Shown piece after piece: positions 45,475-57,890 of a stretch of 64,000 nucleotides of DNA. Below the pieces are notes generated by a model. That model had not been told where the DNA came from, made no database searches, and saw only the letters and a list, made by a program, of their open reading frames with translations. Position 1 is the first letter of the stretch; every line of letters starts with the position of its first letter. The stretch comes from Pseudogymnoascus verrucosus (Eukaryota), in NCBI GenBank assembly GCA_001662655.1, contig KV460226.1; one strand, written 5' to 3'. Both the position numbers and the translations under genes were made by a program.

Positions 45475-47829
45475 ATGTCTAGCCGCCAAATACGAAAGCT
45501 GCAGCAGCAACGGGAGTTGGAGCAAGCCAAACTACGAGAGGCAGAAGAGGAGGGGTCCAACGACGAGCAAGAAGACTACCGCCCACCGGCAAAAGCGAGT
45601 TTATTCTCCAGTTTTGCTGCGCTTCAGGATGAGGATAATGATGACGACGGCGACGACGATGAAGAGACGAAAATAGACGAAAAGACTCATACGAGCGCCG
45701 ACGAAGCCGAGCCATCTCCTGCCCCGAAAAAAGCGAAGAAGTCAAAGAAGAAAAAGAAGAAAGCCAAAGCGAAGGCACCAGAGACAAGTGAAGCTGAGAA
45801 GCCCGAAACAAAAGATGATGGAGACGACATAGATGCTGCCCTTCGAGAGCTCGATATCAGCGGTAAGAAGGGGGGGGAAATACCACAGCTACCGAAGCTG
45901 GAACTGGATCCAAACTATGAGCGGATGTGTACCTTGCTAGGCGTCAATAGCCAGCACCTCAAAGTAGGGAATGAGATGAGAAATCTCTTTGGCCGAACCT
46001 CTGTTGAGAACAACGATGAGGCTGGCGGGCCTGTGCCACGAGGAGGACGAAGGCGGCAGAGGGCACAGCAACAACAGGTTGACCTCGAAACGGCATTGAA
46101 AGGCCACCATGCTCCTGGAAAGGGGTTGCCTGATGTGACTCTGAGGAGGAATATTTTTATACAAGGCAAAGACGAGTGGCCACGAGCAACCACAGGAGGC
46201 CTTACTATGAAGAAGGTTGAAGATATAGAGCTCATCGACGGCACTAACGAGTTCAGGTTCGTACATGACAATGCGTACGAAGCTGTACAGAACCAGTTTA
46301 GAATCTACGTGGAGATGGGCGACCCCCAGAACCTCATTGGGTTGCTTCAGAAAAACCGTACGCTTTGACATATCTACCCCTCAAACGTTTGCTAATACGA
46401 ACTAGCATATCACATTTCACTGCTCCTCCAAGTGAGTAAGATAGCCAAAGACCAATCGGACCATTCGCTATCCAATGACCTCGTGGAACGTGCTCTATTT
46501 TCATTCGGACGAGCCGCCACGTCCCTCTTCGCAACGAAGATGTCCCTTGGCAAAGCGCGTCTGGATTTCGCCAGACCCGAAAACAGAGAGTTGTGGCTCG
46601 CGGGCTATCATTACATCAAGAGCTTGGTAATGAAGGGGACTTACAGGACCGCATTTGAGTGGGCTAAGCTTCTCCTATTACTTGACCTCGAAGACGATCC
46701 GTATTGCTTTAAACTCGTCGTTCACCATTTAGCGATACGAGCCCACCAATTTGAGTGGCTAGTAGATGCGGTATCATCACCAATGTTCGGCGACGACAGG
46801 AGCTTCACGGAAGACTTCCAGCTGCCATCCCTAGCCCTCGCCCACATGCATCTCAAGCACGGCGCAGAGTGCCGAGAAGTCCTCGGCCGAGCCATAAGGA
46901 AATTCCCCTACCTCTTCTGCCTGCTCTTCAAAGAGCTCAACCTCGACGACGCGCCCCCCTCCATCTGGGGCATACTCCCCCGCAACAAAGGCGAAGAATT
47001 CTTCTCCAGCGTCTACATCAAACAAACAAAAGACCTCTGGAGCACCCCCGAAGCCACCTCCCTCCTCGTCGAGGTCGCGCACGCGGTAGGCAAATCCGAC
47101 CCCAAGGACATCATCCCCATTCCCAACGAATGCATGGACCTCGACGCCGCGCGCTTCATCTACCTCGACAACACGCCCGCGCTCATGTCGCTCGTGCCCT
47201 CGAACCTCATGCACCGTCTCCCGAACTCGGACTCCGACCCCCTCCCCCCGGAGGCCGAGATGAACATCTTCTCGCACCCGACGCAGCGCCTGGCGTTCGT
47301 GACGGGCCCCTCGGGGATGGGTCCCAATGGCGAGCTGGAGGGTTTCTTCGACCCCGTCGCCGCGATCCGGCAGCTCATTCCAGGGTGGCGGGGTCCGCCG
47401 CCCGCGACGGACGAGTTGATGCCCGGCGTGATCGAGGCCGGGCCGATCCAGGAGATTGTGGACCAGGAGACGGCGAATGGGGAGTTTGCGGCTGTCGAAG
47501 CGCTGAATCGGGAGGATTGGGCAGCGGAAGGGCATGTGAGGAATTTGGGGAGCGTGAGGAGGTTGTATAGGTATTTGTTTGGGGAGAGGTCGTATGCTAC
47601 GGAGGAGGAGAGGGTGGAGGGGCAGAGGAGGTTGGAGGAGGTGAGGGCGGAGATTGGGAATAATCCGGAGTTGATAGAGAGGGTGTTGAGGGAGGATGAT
47701 GATGAGTTTCCGGGGGGGTATAGTGATTATAGTGACGAGGGGGAGGAGGATGAGTTTGAGGATGCGGAGGAAACGCATGAGGGTACTGTGGAGGACTCGG
47801 AAGAGAGGCACGAGGGTAATACTCAATAG
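45475..47829 (+). CDS. RQC1: Ribosome quality control subunit Rqc1 / TCF25 (Nulp1) family; intron 46358-46405
   Basis: MSSRQIRKL, acidic/Lys-rich N-terminus, ELRNLFG-like EMRNLFG, F.F.H...Y..VQ..F, NP|YHISLLLQ, DLVERALF, LDFARPENR, GTYRTAFEWAKLLL.LD. Confidence 0.88.
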
Positions 47830-48556
47830 ACCACCGCAACCCAAAATACAAATACCAGCATATGCGCCGTACCCATCCAACACGCATCCCATCGTAACAA
47901 TCACACAAGTCTCACCACCACAAAACCCGCCTCGCCTTACCCTCATCCCACCGTACCACCTCACCCTGCGACGATCCGAATAAGCTTTCCCTCCCCCCCC
48001 ACCCCTGCAAAACATGCTCACGCTCCCCTTCCCGCACCAAAACGCCATTGAAACGCGCGCACTCCCCTTCCCCGTAACAGGCTAAGCATCACATCACCAC
48101 CATCACCCCATCTCGTAGCACATCCGGGCTATACGCCGAGACATCAATAAACATGCGCAGATTCTGGTTTGTCAGTTGCAAGTTGTAGTCGGGGTTCGTC
48201 GTTGAATACAAGGGCCTAGCGCCGGGCGCGGAGCTGACGTGCTTGGTGGTGCGCAAGGGTGCGCTAGGGAGAAGGACCCGGTGGCGGGGTTGGTGGTGTG
48301 CGCGAGTTGTGCGTGAAACCCGCTTGATAAGCGGAGGTAGGGGGCGGTTGAACTGACGTCGCACGGAGGGAAGGAGGGGGATATAAAGGCGTGCTGTCCT
48401 CTTTGTTTTTTATATAGTGCTATACCATTATACCCATTCACATACACATACCTATACACACACATACATACACACACGCACAAACTCAGCGAATACATAC
48501 CTCTCACGATAACTACGACGGAAATAACATACTCCGCGATTCATACCAAGAACGAG

Positions 48557-49020
48557 ATGGCTGACGCAACACCCGCTGTCGCTGCGCCGGTGGAGGCACA
48601 GACTGAGGGCGCTGAGCACACCTACAAGTTCAACGTGAGCATGTCGTGTGGTGGATGCTCTGGAGCTGTGAACCGCGTGCTGGGGAAGCTGGATGGTATG
48701 TGTTCTTCTTCTTCGTCATCGCTCTCCTCGCCCATCTCCCATCCTCCTTCCTTCTCCTCCCACCCCCCGGCCCATCCTGTCGCAGCATCCCTCCCGTCTC
48801 TTCAATCCCTCATCCAGCCCCCCACCACACCAGACCACCAGCTAACCCCCACCCAGGCGTAAAATCCTACGACGTCTCCCTTGACACCCAAACCGCAACC
48901 GTCATCGCCTCCCCCACCCTCGAGTACGACACCGTCCTCCGCACAATCGCCAAGACAGGCAAGAAGGTCAACAGCGGCGAGGCAGACGGCGAGAGCAGGA
49001 GCGTCGAGGTCGTTGCTTAG
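48557..49020 (+). CDS. ATX1: Copper chaperone Atx1 (HMA domain); intron 48696-48856
   Basis: HTYKFNVSMSCGGCSGAVNRVLGKLD|GVKSYDVSL...IAKTGKKV: MxCxxC and KTGK motifs. Confidence 0.93.
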
Positions 49021-51102
49021 ATTTGCGCGACTGGGGATAAACGAGAAAAGGGGGGGATCTAGGCGTTTTGTTTTTTTGGCGATGTCTCGGGATCTGAAGT
49101 GGGATTTTGGGGATTCGAGGATTGGATGGAGGAGGGGGGTGGATGAGAAAACCATACTTTGCTTCTGCCTATATGCGTTACTTGAAATTGTGCGTGCCGT
49201 CTCTTGAGTGCTGTGCTGTAAACATTATGTATGTCCAGGACTGATAGATTAGAGAATGCGCTGCTCAAATCTGAGGCGGAGCTTTCCTTCCTCTTGGAGG
49301 GGAATATACTCTATAGCTCTCTTCTCTTTGCCATCCCATCTCGTCTCCTTCTATCTGTAGAACCACTGTAAAGCTAGAAAAGAAGGTAGCAAAGACACAA
49401 TCGACACACCCACCCCACCCAACCCGTCCCCTTCCCTTCCTATATACCCTCCTCCCCCTCTCCTTCCCCTCCCCTTCTCCCGCAGCCCCGCCCACGAAAT
49501 CAGCCTCGTCCTCCGCCCTACCCTACTACCCTTCCCATCCTCCTCTCCCCTACTCGGTCATACCCGTTCCTGCATCCCCCCACCCGCGGCGTAAGAAAGT
49601 AGTTAGCCCCCCCCCCCTTCCGTAGTGTAGTCCAGTGCAGTGCAGTGCAGTGGTGTTGAGTGAGTGTCTAGACCCGTGGCGGTGCAGTGCGGCTGCTTTT
49701 ACGTATACTGAACTGGGAAGGTGGGTGTGGCTGCTCTAGACCATAGAGGAGTTTATTGCCAGTGGTGGTGGCTTGTGCTTACAGCCTTAGAAGTGGCTTG
49801 CTCCTACCACCTACCCATGTAGATATAGACATGTGGCTCGTGCACAGTGGCTTGCGCGTTCTTTCTCACTGAAGGATTGTGGCTCCTCGCCGAAGGATTG
49901 TGGCTCGCTCCTATGTACTGTACACACTGCACACTTTCTCTGTCTTCTCTCACAAGGATAAATGGAAATGTGGCTCGTGGCTGGTGCTTACTGTGGCTTC
50001 CCCCTCTGATCCTATGTACTGTACTCTGCCGTTGCGGGAGGGGTAGGAGGGGTAGGGATACAGATAGGGAAGTGGCTCGTGCGGTGGATGAGGTGGCGCA
50101 GCTTCTGTGCTGTGGTGGGTGAATGGCTGGACTCATTGTCGGTTTGCATGCATGGATGGGGAGTGGTGCAGTAGGTGATGCGGATATGCGGACAGCTGCG
50201 GGAGCGGGAGGTAAATGGATGGGGTGAGTGGATGAATGGGTTTGTAAGTGGATGAGTGGATGAGCAGGATGCAGGTAAATGGAGATGCAGTGGTAGGTGC
50301 CTGGCAGCTAGCAAGCAAGTTTCCTAGGCTCCAGCTGTCTGATTTGACAAACTTAACAGCTAGACGATTAGACAAAGGTGACAGGTAAGCACATAGATTG
50401 TAAGCATGTACGAGGATGGGTTAGCAAGCAAGCGTGCAGCTGGTGATGCGGGAGTGGACGGGTAAGGTAAGTAATTAAGAAAGCACGCAAACACGTAAAT
50501 GGACGCGTGGGCGGGACCGGTGAGGAGGCTGCCAAGGACACGGCTGAGGACTAAGATGGAAAAGAAAAGGAAAAAAAAACTTGATGGGGATGCAGCGGAA
50601 TCTAGAACGGAGTGGGTTTGCGGGAGTCTGGATGTGAGGTGGGAGGGGGGGTTGTGAGAGGGAGTCAGTCAGGTAGAGTTAAGTCAAGTCGAGGCAACTC
50701 GCATACAAGTTCAGTTACAGTCACTGGCAGAGGCAAGAGTAAAGTTGTATCCAAAAAACGTATTATTATTGATCTCACCCAACTCGTGGGTGTAAATATT
50801 TCCCAGACTATCTTCGTCTGTCCTGTTCTGTTCCTGTCCTGTTCTCCCTCCTACCCGAGGGGACCTCAACGCACGTATGCGGAGGAAGTAATGCTAATGC
50901 TAATAATGATGATGATGATGACAACCAAGAAAAGATCCGATGTAGAACCTCCAGGATCCATGCATCCCCCATTTCGTAATCCAAACAAAAAGAAAGGAAA
51001 AGTATCAAAACATGCCCCATCGTATCGTATCGTACCATCCCCATCGCAATCGCTAAATAAAAAAGAATCCAATCCATCCCATCCCAGTTCTGTGAGCTGC
51101 GT

Positions 51103-51885
51103 TCAAAGCGCCCTCACAAACCCCCCCTCAGGCACAACCCCATAAACAACCCTCGACGGATCCGCCATATTCCTAAACCTCCTCCCCCCCTCCGCCTTCT
51201 CCTCAATCCAACACGACTGCATCACCGCATCCATCCTCTCAAACTGGCGGTATGTAATCGCAATCTCCCCCCTCTCCAGCACGCGAGGCGGCTCGCTCTC
51301 GCGCGTCCGAGAGTCGCGGCGCGGTCTATGCGGGGCTTCTTGGATCGGTGATGGGGCTTTGGGGCGGGGTGCTGGTGCTGGTGCGGAGGAGGCGGCGGAG
51401 AGTCGCGCGGAGAGGGCGGTGAGTGCGTCTTCTGCGGAATCGATGACGGCGTTGAATGTAGCCCCAATCTCTCTGAATCCGGATTTCGACTTCGAGCCCG
51501 CCTTCGAATCGGCGATATCAGCTAATCGCGCCTTAACGTGCTTGTTGAGGGTGTTCACCGCCGCATCGAGAGCAGCGAGGGCAGGTGCGTCAGCGAGGTC
51601 GAGAGGCTTGCCGTGCGTGGCGCGCAGGGAGGCGTAGAGGTTGGATAACCGTGGGAGAGCGTCAGCGAGGGAGTCCTCGAGCGCGGCAAGGGTGGTGGTT
51701 GCGGTGCCGGAGGGGGAGAGGCGGCGGGTGGACCGGATGGTGTGGCAGAGGGAGTGCGAGGTTGAGGTTAGGGATGTGAGTTTTGAGATGAGCGCGCGGA
51801 GGGGGAGGAGGGCGGCGTCGGGCGCGCGGGAAGGGGGGTTGGCGGTGCGGATGGGGATGGGGCCCCGGGCGGAGTGGTGGGACAT
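51103..51885 (-). CDS. Hypothetical protein (helical core, Pro-rich linker, short aromatic C-terminal module)
   Basis: Long ORF, likely ATG at 51885 (MSHHSARG), strong third-position codon bias, amphipathic-helix pattern; no family recognised. Confidence 0.6.
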   Translation of the reverse strand: MSHHSARGPIPIRTANPPSRAPDAALLPLRALISKLTSLTSTSHSLCHTIRSTRRLSPSGTATTTLAALEDSLADALPRLSNLYASLRATHGKPLDLADAPALAALDAAVNTLNKHVKARLADIADSKAGSKSKSGFREIGATFNAVIDSAEDALTALSARLSAASSAPAPAPRPKAPSPIQEAPHRPRRDSRTRESEPPRVLERGEIAITYRQFERMDAVMQSCWIEEKAEGGRRFRNMADPSRVVYGVVPEGGFVRAL

Positions 51886-52924
51886 TGTTGGGGATGGGGG
51901 GGTGGTGAAGGTGGTGAGGTTGGTGTCGTGGACGTCGCTGGGGGGAGAGACGATGAATGGGCGTGGAGCCGTCGTGGCGGTTGGGCCGGAGAGACGGGAT
52001 CGAGGGGCCACTGTGATGGTGGGTGAGTGGGAGGGCACTCGGGGGTTTGGTCTCTGTGTGGTTTGGTGGTGGACGAGTTGTTCGTCGATTGTGATGTTTT
52101 TGTTGTTGGTGACGACGATGATGATGTGGTGGGTGAGTGTGGTTTGGTATTATAGTCTTGGATGCTCTTCAAGTGGATGAGAGTAAGATATGGACTGTTC
52201 GTCGAGGCAGGTGATGGATGTTTGTATGATGTTGTCTTGGTATGGAGTATATGAAGAGAGAGAGGAGAGAAGATGAGATGAAGCAGAAGGTGTGTCCCTT
52301 ATATGTATGTGCATATGAGAGACGAGAGAGAGAGAGAGAGAGCAGGAGGACATGGTATGAGACCGAAAACGGAACTAGCCCCCCCTGCACACAAAGAAAG
52401 ATGGGAAAGAGACAAAGACGTACATCTGCTACTTACGGTATTGGCAAGCAAAGATAGTTACCTCTTTCCAGGCAGCCAATGCCCCCTCCTCCCCGGTCCG
52501 AACCCCCACTTGACCGTATCGTCAGCCACTGGACTGCGATGAGCAAGTCAGAAGGCGCACTGGGTGGTAGAGTGAGAGGATGTGCGGCAGAGCGACTGCA
52601 CGTCATGGAGTTTGGTAGGGGGGGTTAGGAGGGGGTAGGGGGAGGGAGAGGTAGCAGGGGGGGTATTTGGGGCAGTGACTCGGTCGGGGTAGAGGTCGAG
52701 GTTGTTCTTGGATGGTTTGGATGGTCAAACAGTCAAACAAAGGGCTGCTGTTGGAGTGGCCTTGCGCTAAAACGGGGTCACTAAGAATAAAGGCATTAGA
52801 TCCCTTTCGGTCACAAGCGCGAGGTGCCGCAGTGGCCGCAGTTGTTGCCTGGGTGGCTCATGCACTGAGTTAGTGCGACAGGGGGGTGGAGGGGGTGGAA
52901 GGGGTGACGGACGGGGTTACTGTA

Positions 52925-53098
52925 CGTACAATCAAACAATTTGTAGAATATGTACAGTTACATACTTTATATTTTTGCATGGCTTGGACATGGGGCACGA
53001 AGGGGATTTTTTGTGAGGGTATTAAGTGGTACGCACAATCAAACAATATCTACAGTTACATTTTTTTCGAAGGGGATTTTGTGAGGGTGTTAAGTGGG
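52925..53098. repeat. Degenerate tandem duplication (~105-bp offset)
   Basis: acaatcaaacaat...acagttaca...cgaaggggatttt..gtgagggt.ttaagtgg occurs twice. Confidence 0.75.
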
Positions 53099-56000
53099 TT
53101 TGACAGGTGATGGGAGAGACAGAGGGGAGGGTTGAGTGCATGATGAGGGTGAGAGGGCGAGGGTGTGCGACGGGTACAGGTACATGATCATGGAGAGGTG
53201 TCAGTAACAGTCAGTAGCAGTCAGTGGCAGTCAATAACAGCAGGGTACTTCACATCCCACGGACAAACCCGCAGAACGCCTTGTACACTGCCGTGGATGG
53301 ATTAGTGATGAATTAGTGGATTTGCACCCCATTAGCACCCAGGCTCCAGCGGGAAGAAGCAGGGGTTCTGTCCACTCCACCTCCCTCCCTCGCCGAAAAA
53401 AAGGGATGCATGCACTCAGTACAACCACCACCACCTTTACACCACACCCCACCACCACTGCAACCGTCGCCGTGGAGTCATGTGCCCTGCATACGAAGTG
53501 CAGGATTTGATGCAGGTTTACAGGCCGTGGTTGGAAAGAAGCCAAGGATCGGATCTTCAATCTCTGCCGTCATCCCTTCTCTGGCTATACACGCCAGAGC
53601 TGTTTTCGTTCTCGGTGAGGGTGATTCACACACCGGCGAGAGGTGGGATATCGTCATCGTCGTGGGTGCGATGGGTGTTTACCCCGCGATGAGTACCGCA
53701 ACCACGATAACTATCGATAATGCGGACACCGAGTACCCCGCGATGACGGCGATAAACACGATAACCAGGACAATCAAGACTGTCACTTCTATCACCTCTA
53801 CCACCACCCCTACAGACCCCCATCTGTCCCTTCCCTCCCCATCCATCAACCACCACCACCACCGCCGACCAGATCACCAGCGAGGCCGACTCCCCTCACA
53901 ACCACACACCCGAGGTCACCCGTACCCATCACCAGCACCGCACCGCGCCCATCACCACAACCACAACCACCATCGTCATCGTCATCACCACCACCACCAC
54001 CAACACTACCCGCCGGCCACTTCCCCAACCAGCTCGCCGCGGCCAGCACCAACGCGACCCTTTCTTTCCTATCCCCATCCATTCCCCATCCGTCACCCCA
54101 TCCCTCCCATCCCTCCCACCGCGTTACCACCGCCACACACGTCCACGCAACCCCCCCATCCTTCGCGGTTCCAAAACACAGAATTTCTAATCCGAAAACT
54201 TATGCATACACTGGTACCGTACAGAAACCCGCGTAACCCCCTACCCCCCTTCCCCAAAGTAACACCCCAGCGAAGGATCGCAGGAAGGAGGAAGAAAACC
54301 ATGCGCAGCTGGGCCACCATTTGGTCTGACTCCGCCCCTCTGTCTCCCCCCTCCACACCCATCCCTGCGCACCACCCACGCCAACCGGCAGCCCTACCAC
54401 ACCCCCTCCGGTCTAGCGCCCGCATAGCCAAAATAGCGCATGGGACCAATGAGGCCCCGCGGATACCTACTTCCCATGGATTTTCCGTGTGCGGATGGTG
54501 GTCTACTGGGGGAGAGGGGACTCATCGCTGCACGGCGGTGCTGCACGGTTGAATACAGTATGCCTCCCGCTGCGGATGTAGCCGGGGGAGTCATCGTTGA
54601 TGGTGGGGGGTTTGACTGTGCTGAGGATACTGAGTGGAGCGGAAGGGTGAGTGACAGCTGCACCCCGCTACCCTTCGCCGATAGCACAGTGTTCTCGCCG
54701 CCTTGGCTGGATCGGATTGAGTCACTGATTGGAATTGTACGTACAAAAGGGCTTCTGGCCCGCGAGGGGTACTTTGTCTACATCTGATTCTGAAGATGCG
54801 ATACTGTGTTGTAGAGTACATACATACAAAACCGCACTCCACAGCCTCCGTCGCCCGCGCGGCCACGACCAAGTTCCCTCCTCCCTCTCTCCAGGCGCGC
54901 GTATACTCTTCACTCACCTCATCACTGACCACAAGCGCCTCAAACCCTCTCCCTCTCACCTCTCCTACTCCCCAAGCACAATGATAGTGAAACACCTGGG
55001 CTTCCAAAAACAGATCGAAAACTTGTTGAACCAAACTCCCGGGACCACACTACTACAGCGTATTTCTATTTTCCCATATTCGTATTTCGTGTCTATTTCC
55101 GCATCATGAAAAAGCACCAAAAAAAGAAGATGAAACTCCCCGTCCCCGTGTTGCTAATTCCGTAACTCTGGGTTTGGTTGGTTAGTGGTGGTCGACAGCC
55201 CGTTTCGGGATACGTCTCGCTTACCGCCCACTCACCCCGTTACCGTCCCGTTTGGTACGTACCAGACTATAGAAAGGGAAACGGACACTGGTAAATTTAG
55301 ACGCCCCCGGCCCGACCTTCGCACCGGCCCTTTGGCGCCGCGGTAAACTGGCGATGGCGGGGACGGGGTGGTTGTTTCATGGCCGCGATGGGCGAGGGAG
55401 GGGAGAGGTGTATTGGTGCTTGTGCTGGTTTTTGGGGTTTGGGGAGACGCTGGACAGGAGTGTGGGTTTATTCTACGGACTTTTATCTTCTTCTTGTTCT
55501 TTTGTTTCTATTTACAAAGTTCTGAAGAGGTACTTACACCGGAGGGGAGGGTAAGGCGGTAATGGTCTCCAAACCGGCGCGCGCTTCCAACTTTCTGCAT
55601 TCGTTGATCGCGAACAAGGTCGAGAGAGGAGGTGAACGCCATGCCCCCGATGACGACGACGACGAGGTGAAGGATTTTTTTTCTTCGTGGAAAATGCCCG
55701 CGTGAACAACGTCGTCATAGCCTTCCCTATCCCCAGCAGGTTTTCAGCTGCCTGGTCGTCGTGGGGCCCGCTGATGTGTGGCGTGCGGCTGAATCCTAGG
55801 CTGCACCCACCTTCACCCTCCACCCTCCACGCTCGCTCGGACATCGCAACCCCAACAGAAATACGACCGGTCGGGGATTGAAAGTCAGTTGGACGAAAGG
55901 TGAGTGAGTAGGTGGAATTGGTGTTTTCTACGTCATCGTGGGAGGTGTGAGGTGCGAGATGCGAGGTACGATATGATGACACCGACGACCTCCTTTGTGA

Positions 56001-56583
56001 CCCTGGGGAGGTGTCTATCGCGGCGGAGTGCAGTGCAGCGCAGCCTTGTGTACTGCACAACACCCTCCCTCCCGCTCGCGGCTGATTGATTACACCCGTT
56101 CAGCTCGTCATACAAGGCTATGCTATGCCATGCAACTCTACTGCCTAACCCTGTCACCCACGCCAGTGCGCGGTGTCATTTAGAGTGAGACCCTCTCCCG
56201 CTGGGTATCCCGTATCTCTACAAGCCCTTTACTTTACCATCTGTCGTTGGGAGGGCGGGGAGGTAAGGGTGCTGCTGGGATGGGAGGGGTGCCGAGTGGA
56301 TGGTGGGATGTACAGTACATCGTTCTTATTTCTTTAACTCACCTGCCTGCTTCCTTATCTTCCCTGCTCCGGGAGGAGAGGCAGTTGGCGGATCAATGCG
56401 TCACTGCACACGCGCGTGTTTACTGGTGTCTTCCTTTGGTTTGCCACCCTACCTTCCCTACCACCGAGCCTTATTCTCCGTGTTTTTACGTTGTTAGGGA
56501 CCCAGGGGGCTTGTGAAGCAGTACGCCGTGCACCGTTTAGGTTTGCCACCCTTCTCGCCGTTTTTTTACGTCAAGGACCAGGG

Positions 56584-56880
56584 GTTATCGAGGAACAGGA
56601 GGACATAGCGGACATGCTTTTGTCGCATGGCGCCCGGATCCAAGTCGTGGATAACTACCAACGATCTCCGCTCCACTGGACCGTGCTGAAGCGGCGGGAG
56701 CGCCTCTTGAAGGTCCTCATTAAGCACTGCGAACAGAATGGAGACATTATCAATGCCTATGATGTTGAAGGGAACACGCCATTGCACATCGCTATCAACT
56801 TGGAGTTGGACTCGGCCGTCCAGATGCTGCTGGAAGCGGGAGCTGATGCAAAAGCACCAATTAAACTTTTTACAGCGTGA
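56584..56880 (+). pseudogene. Ankyrin-repeat protein C-terminal fragment, apparently 5'-truncated
   Basis: VIEEQEDIADMLLSHGA...QRSPLHW.V......LKVL...INAYDVEGNTPLHIA...AVQMLLEAGAD; ankyrin pattern starts mid-repeat and I see no ATG or clear acceptor just upstream. Confidence 0.6.
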
Positions 56881-57890
56881 CAACGGCTGGTGAAGTTACT
56901 ATGCAGTAACTCAGAACATGCCAAGGTGCTTTGCTGGTACATAGTCGGGGCTGACGCTGACATCGCCTTCCAAAGACTGCCTCATGTATCTGGAGAGGGG
57001 GGAAGGGGTGGAGGGACTGGGGGATCTCTACTTCAAATAGCCATGCTCAGCTGGGAAAGATACGAGGTTGGTACATCACAGTGTCGATTCTCGAATGTGT
57101 TAGTTTGAACCGCCACGAACAAAGCAATTCCACTGTTGTTAGCTGCGAGCGATCTCCATATAATGCCTAGCCTGCCTCGCTACCTCAGTTAGGATATCTC
57201 ATCCACTCGCGAGCAGGCTGCTAGAGCTGTTCCCAGACTCTAGCAAATATTTTCCTTGTATAAACCGGTTCTTTGGACTTATTTGCGGACACGAAATAAG
57301 TACAAGTACGTGGGAGGAAGTTTCAATAGTTTGCGGGCTGGTGTTGTAATCAAATTGGTTTAAGTATAAGATTTGATAAATGCTTGGATGACCTATAATT
57401 TGAAGATAAACAGGAGAGGCAAAGCGATATAAATCTATAGCTACAGCGCAAGCTGGGCTCGGTCTATATTTGAGTATGTCTTGACTCTTTATAAGAGGCT
57501 TATCTAAACGCACATGGTCAAAAGCTTGGCCCCGTAGCATCACTCTCCTCCTTGCCCTCTGCAATAAGAACAGAAAACGTAACTTATTACATCTTGCGTT
57601 GCTAACCTGTCTACAGGTTGCTCCCTGATACAAGCCGGCATTATTATAGACGTCGTCGTTTTCGCCGTACTGCTCTACGGAGGTTTTGAAAGCGTGTGTA
57701 GACTCAGGATTCTCACGTTATAATTTTAAATTCGTCTACCTCAAGAGTACTTTGCCGCCGTGGCCCATCGTGCCATGTGGAACTGTGAAGCACGCTAAAT
57801 CGCCTCAACCGCCCACATGGGCGCTACGCCGTCATCTGACAGAATTGATACTGCATGGCATAGAGACACTCCTTTGAGTAAGCTCCATAT

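Noticed and set aside
46755..48048. Long overlapping ORFs (46755-47570 +, 46831-48048 -)
   Set aside because: Shadow frames of the RQC1 CDS kept open by extreme codon bias; low-complexity translations.
53410..54552. 380-aa His/Pro/Thr-rich ORF
   Set aside because: Driven by CAC/CCA microsatellite and C-rich skew; no domain or convincing gene structure, though a decayed gene cannot be excluded.
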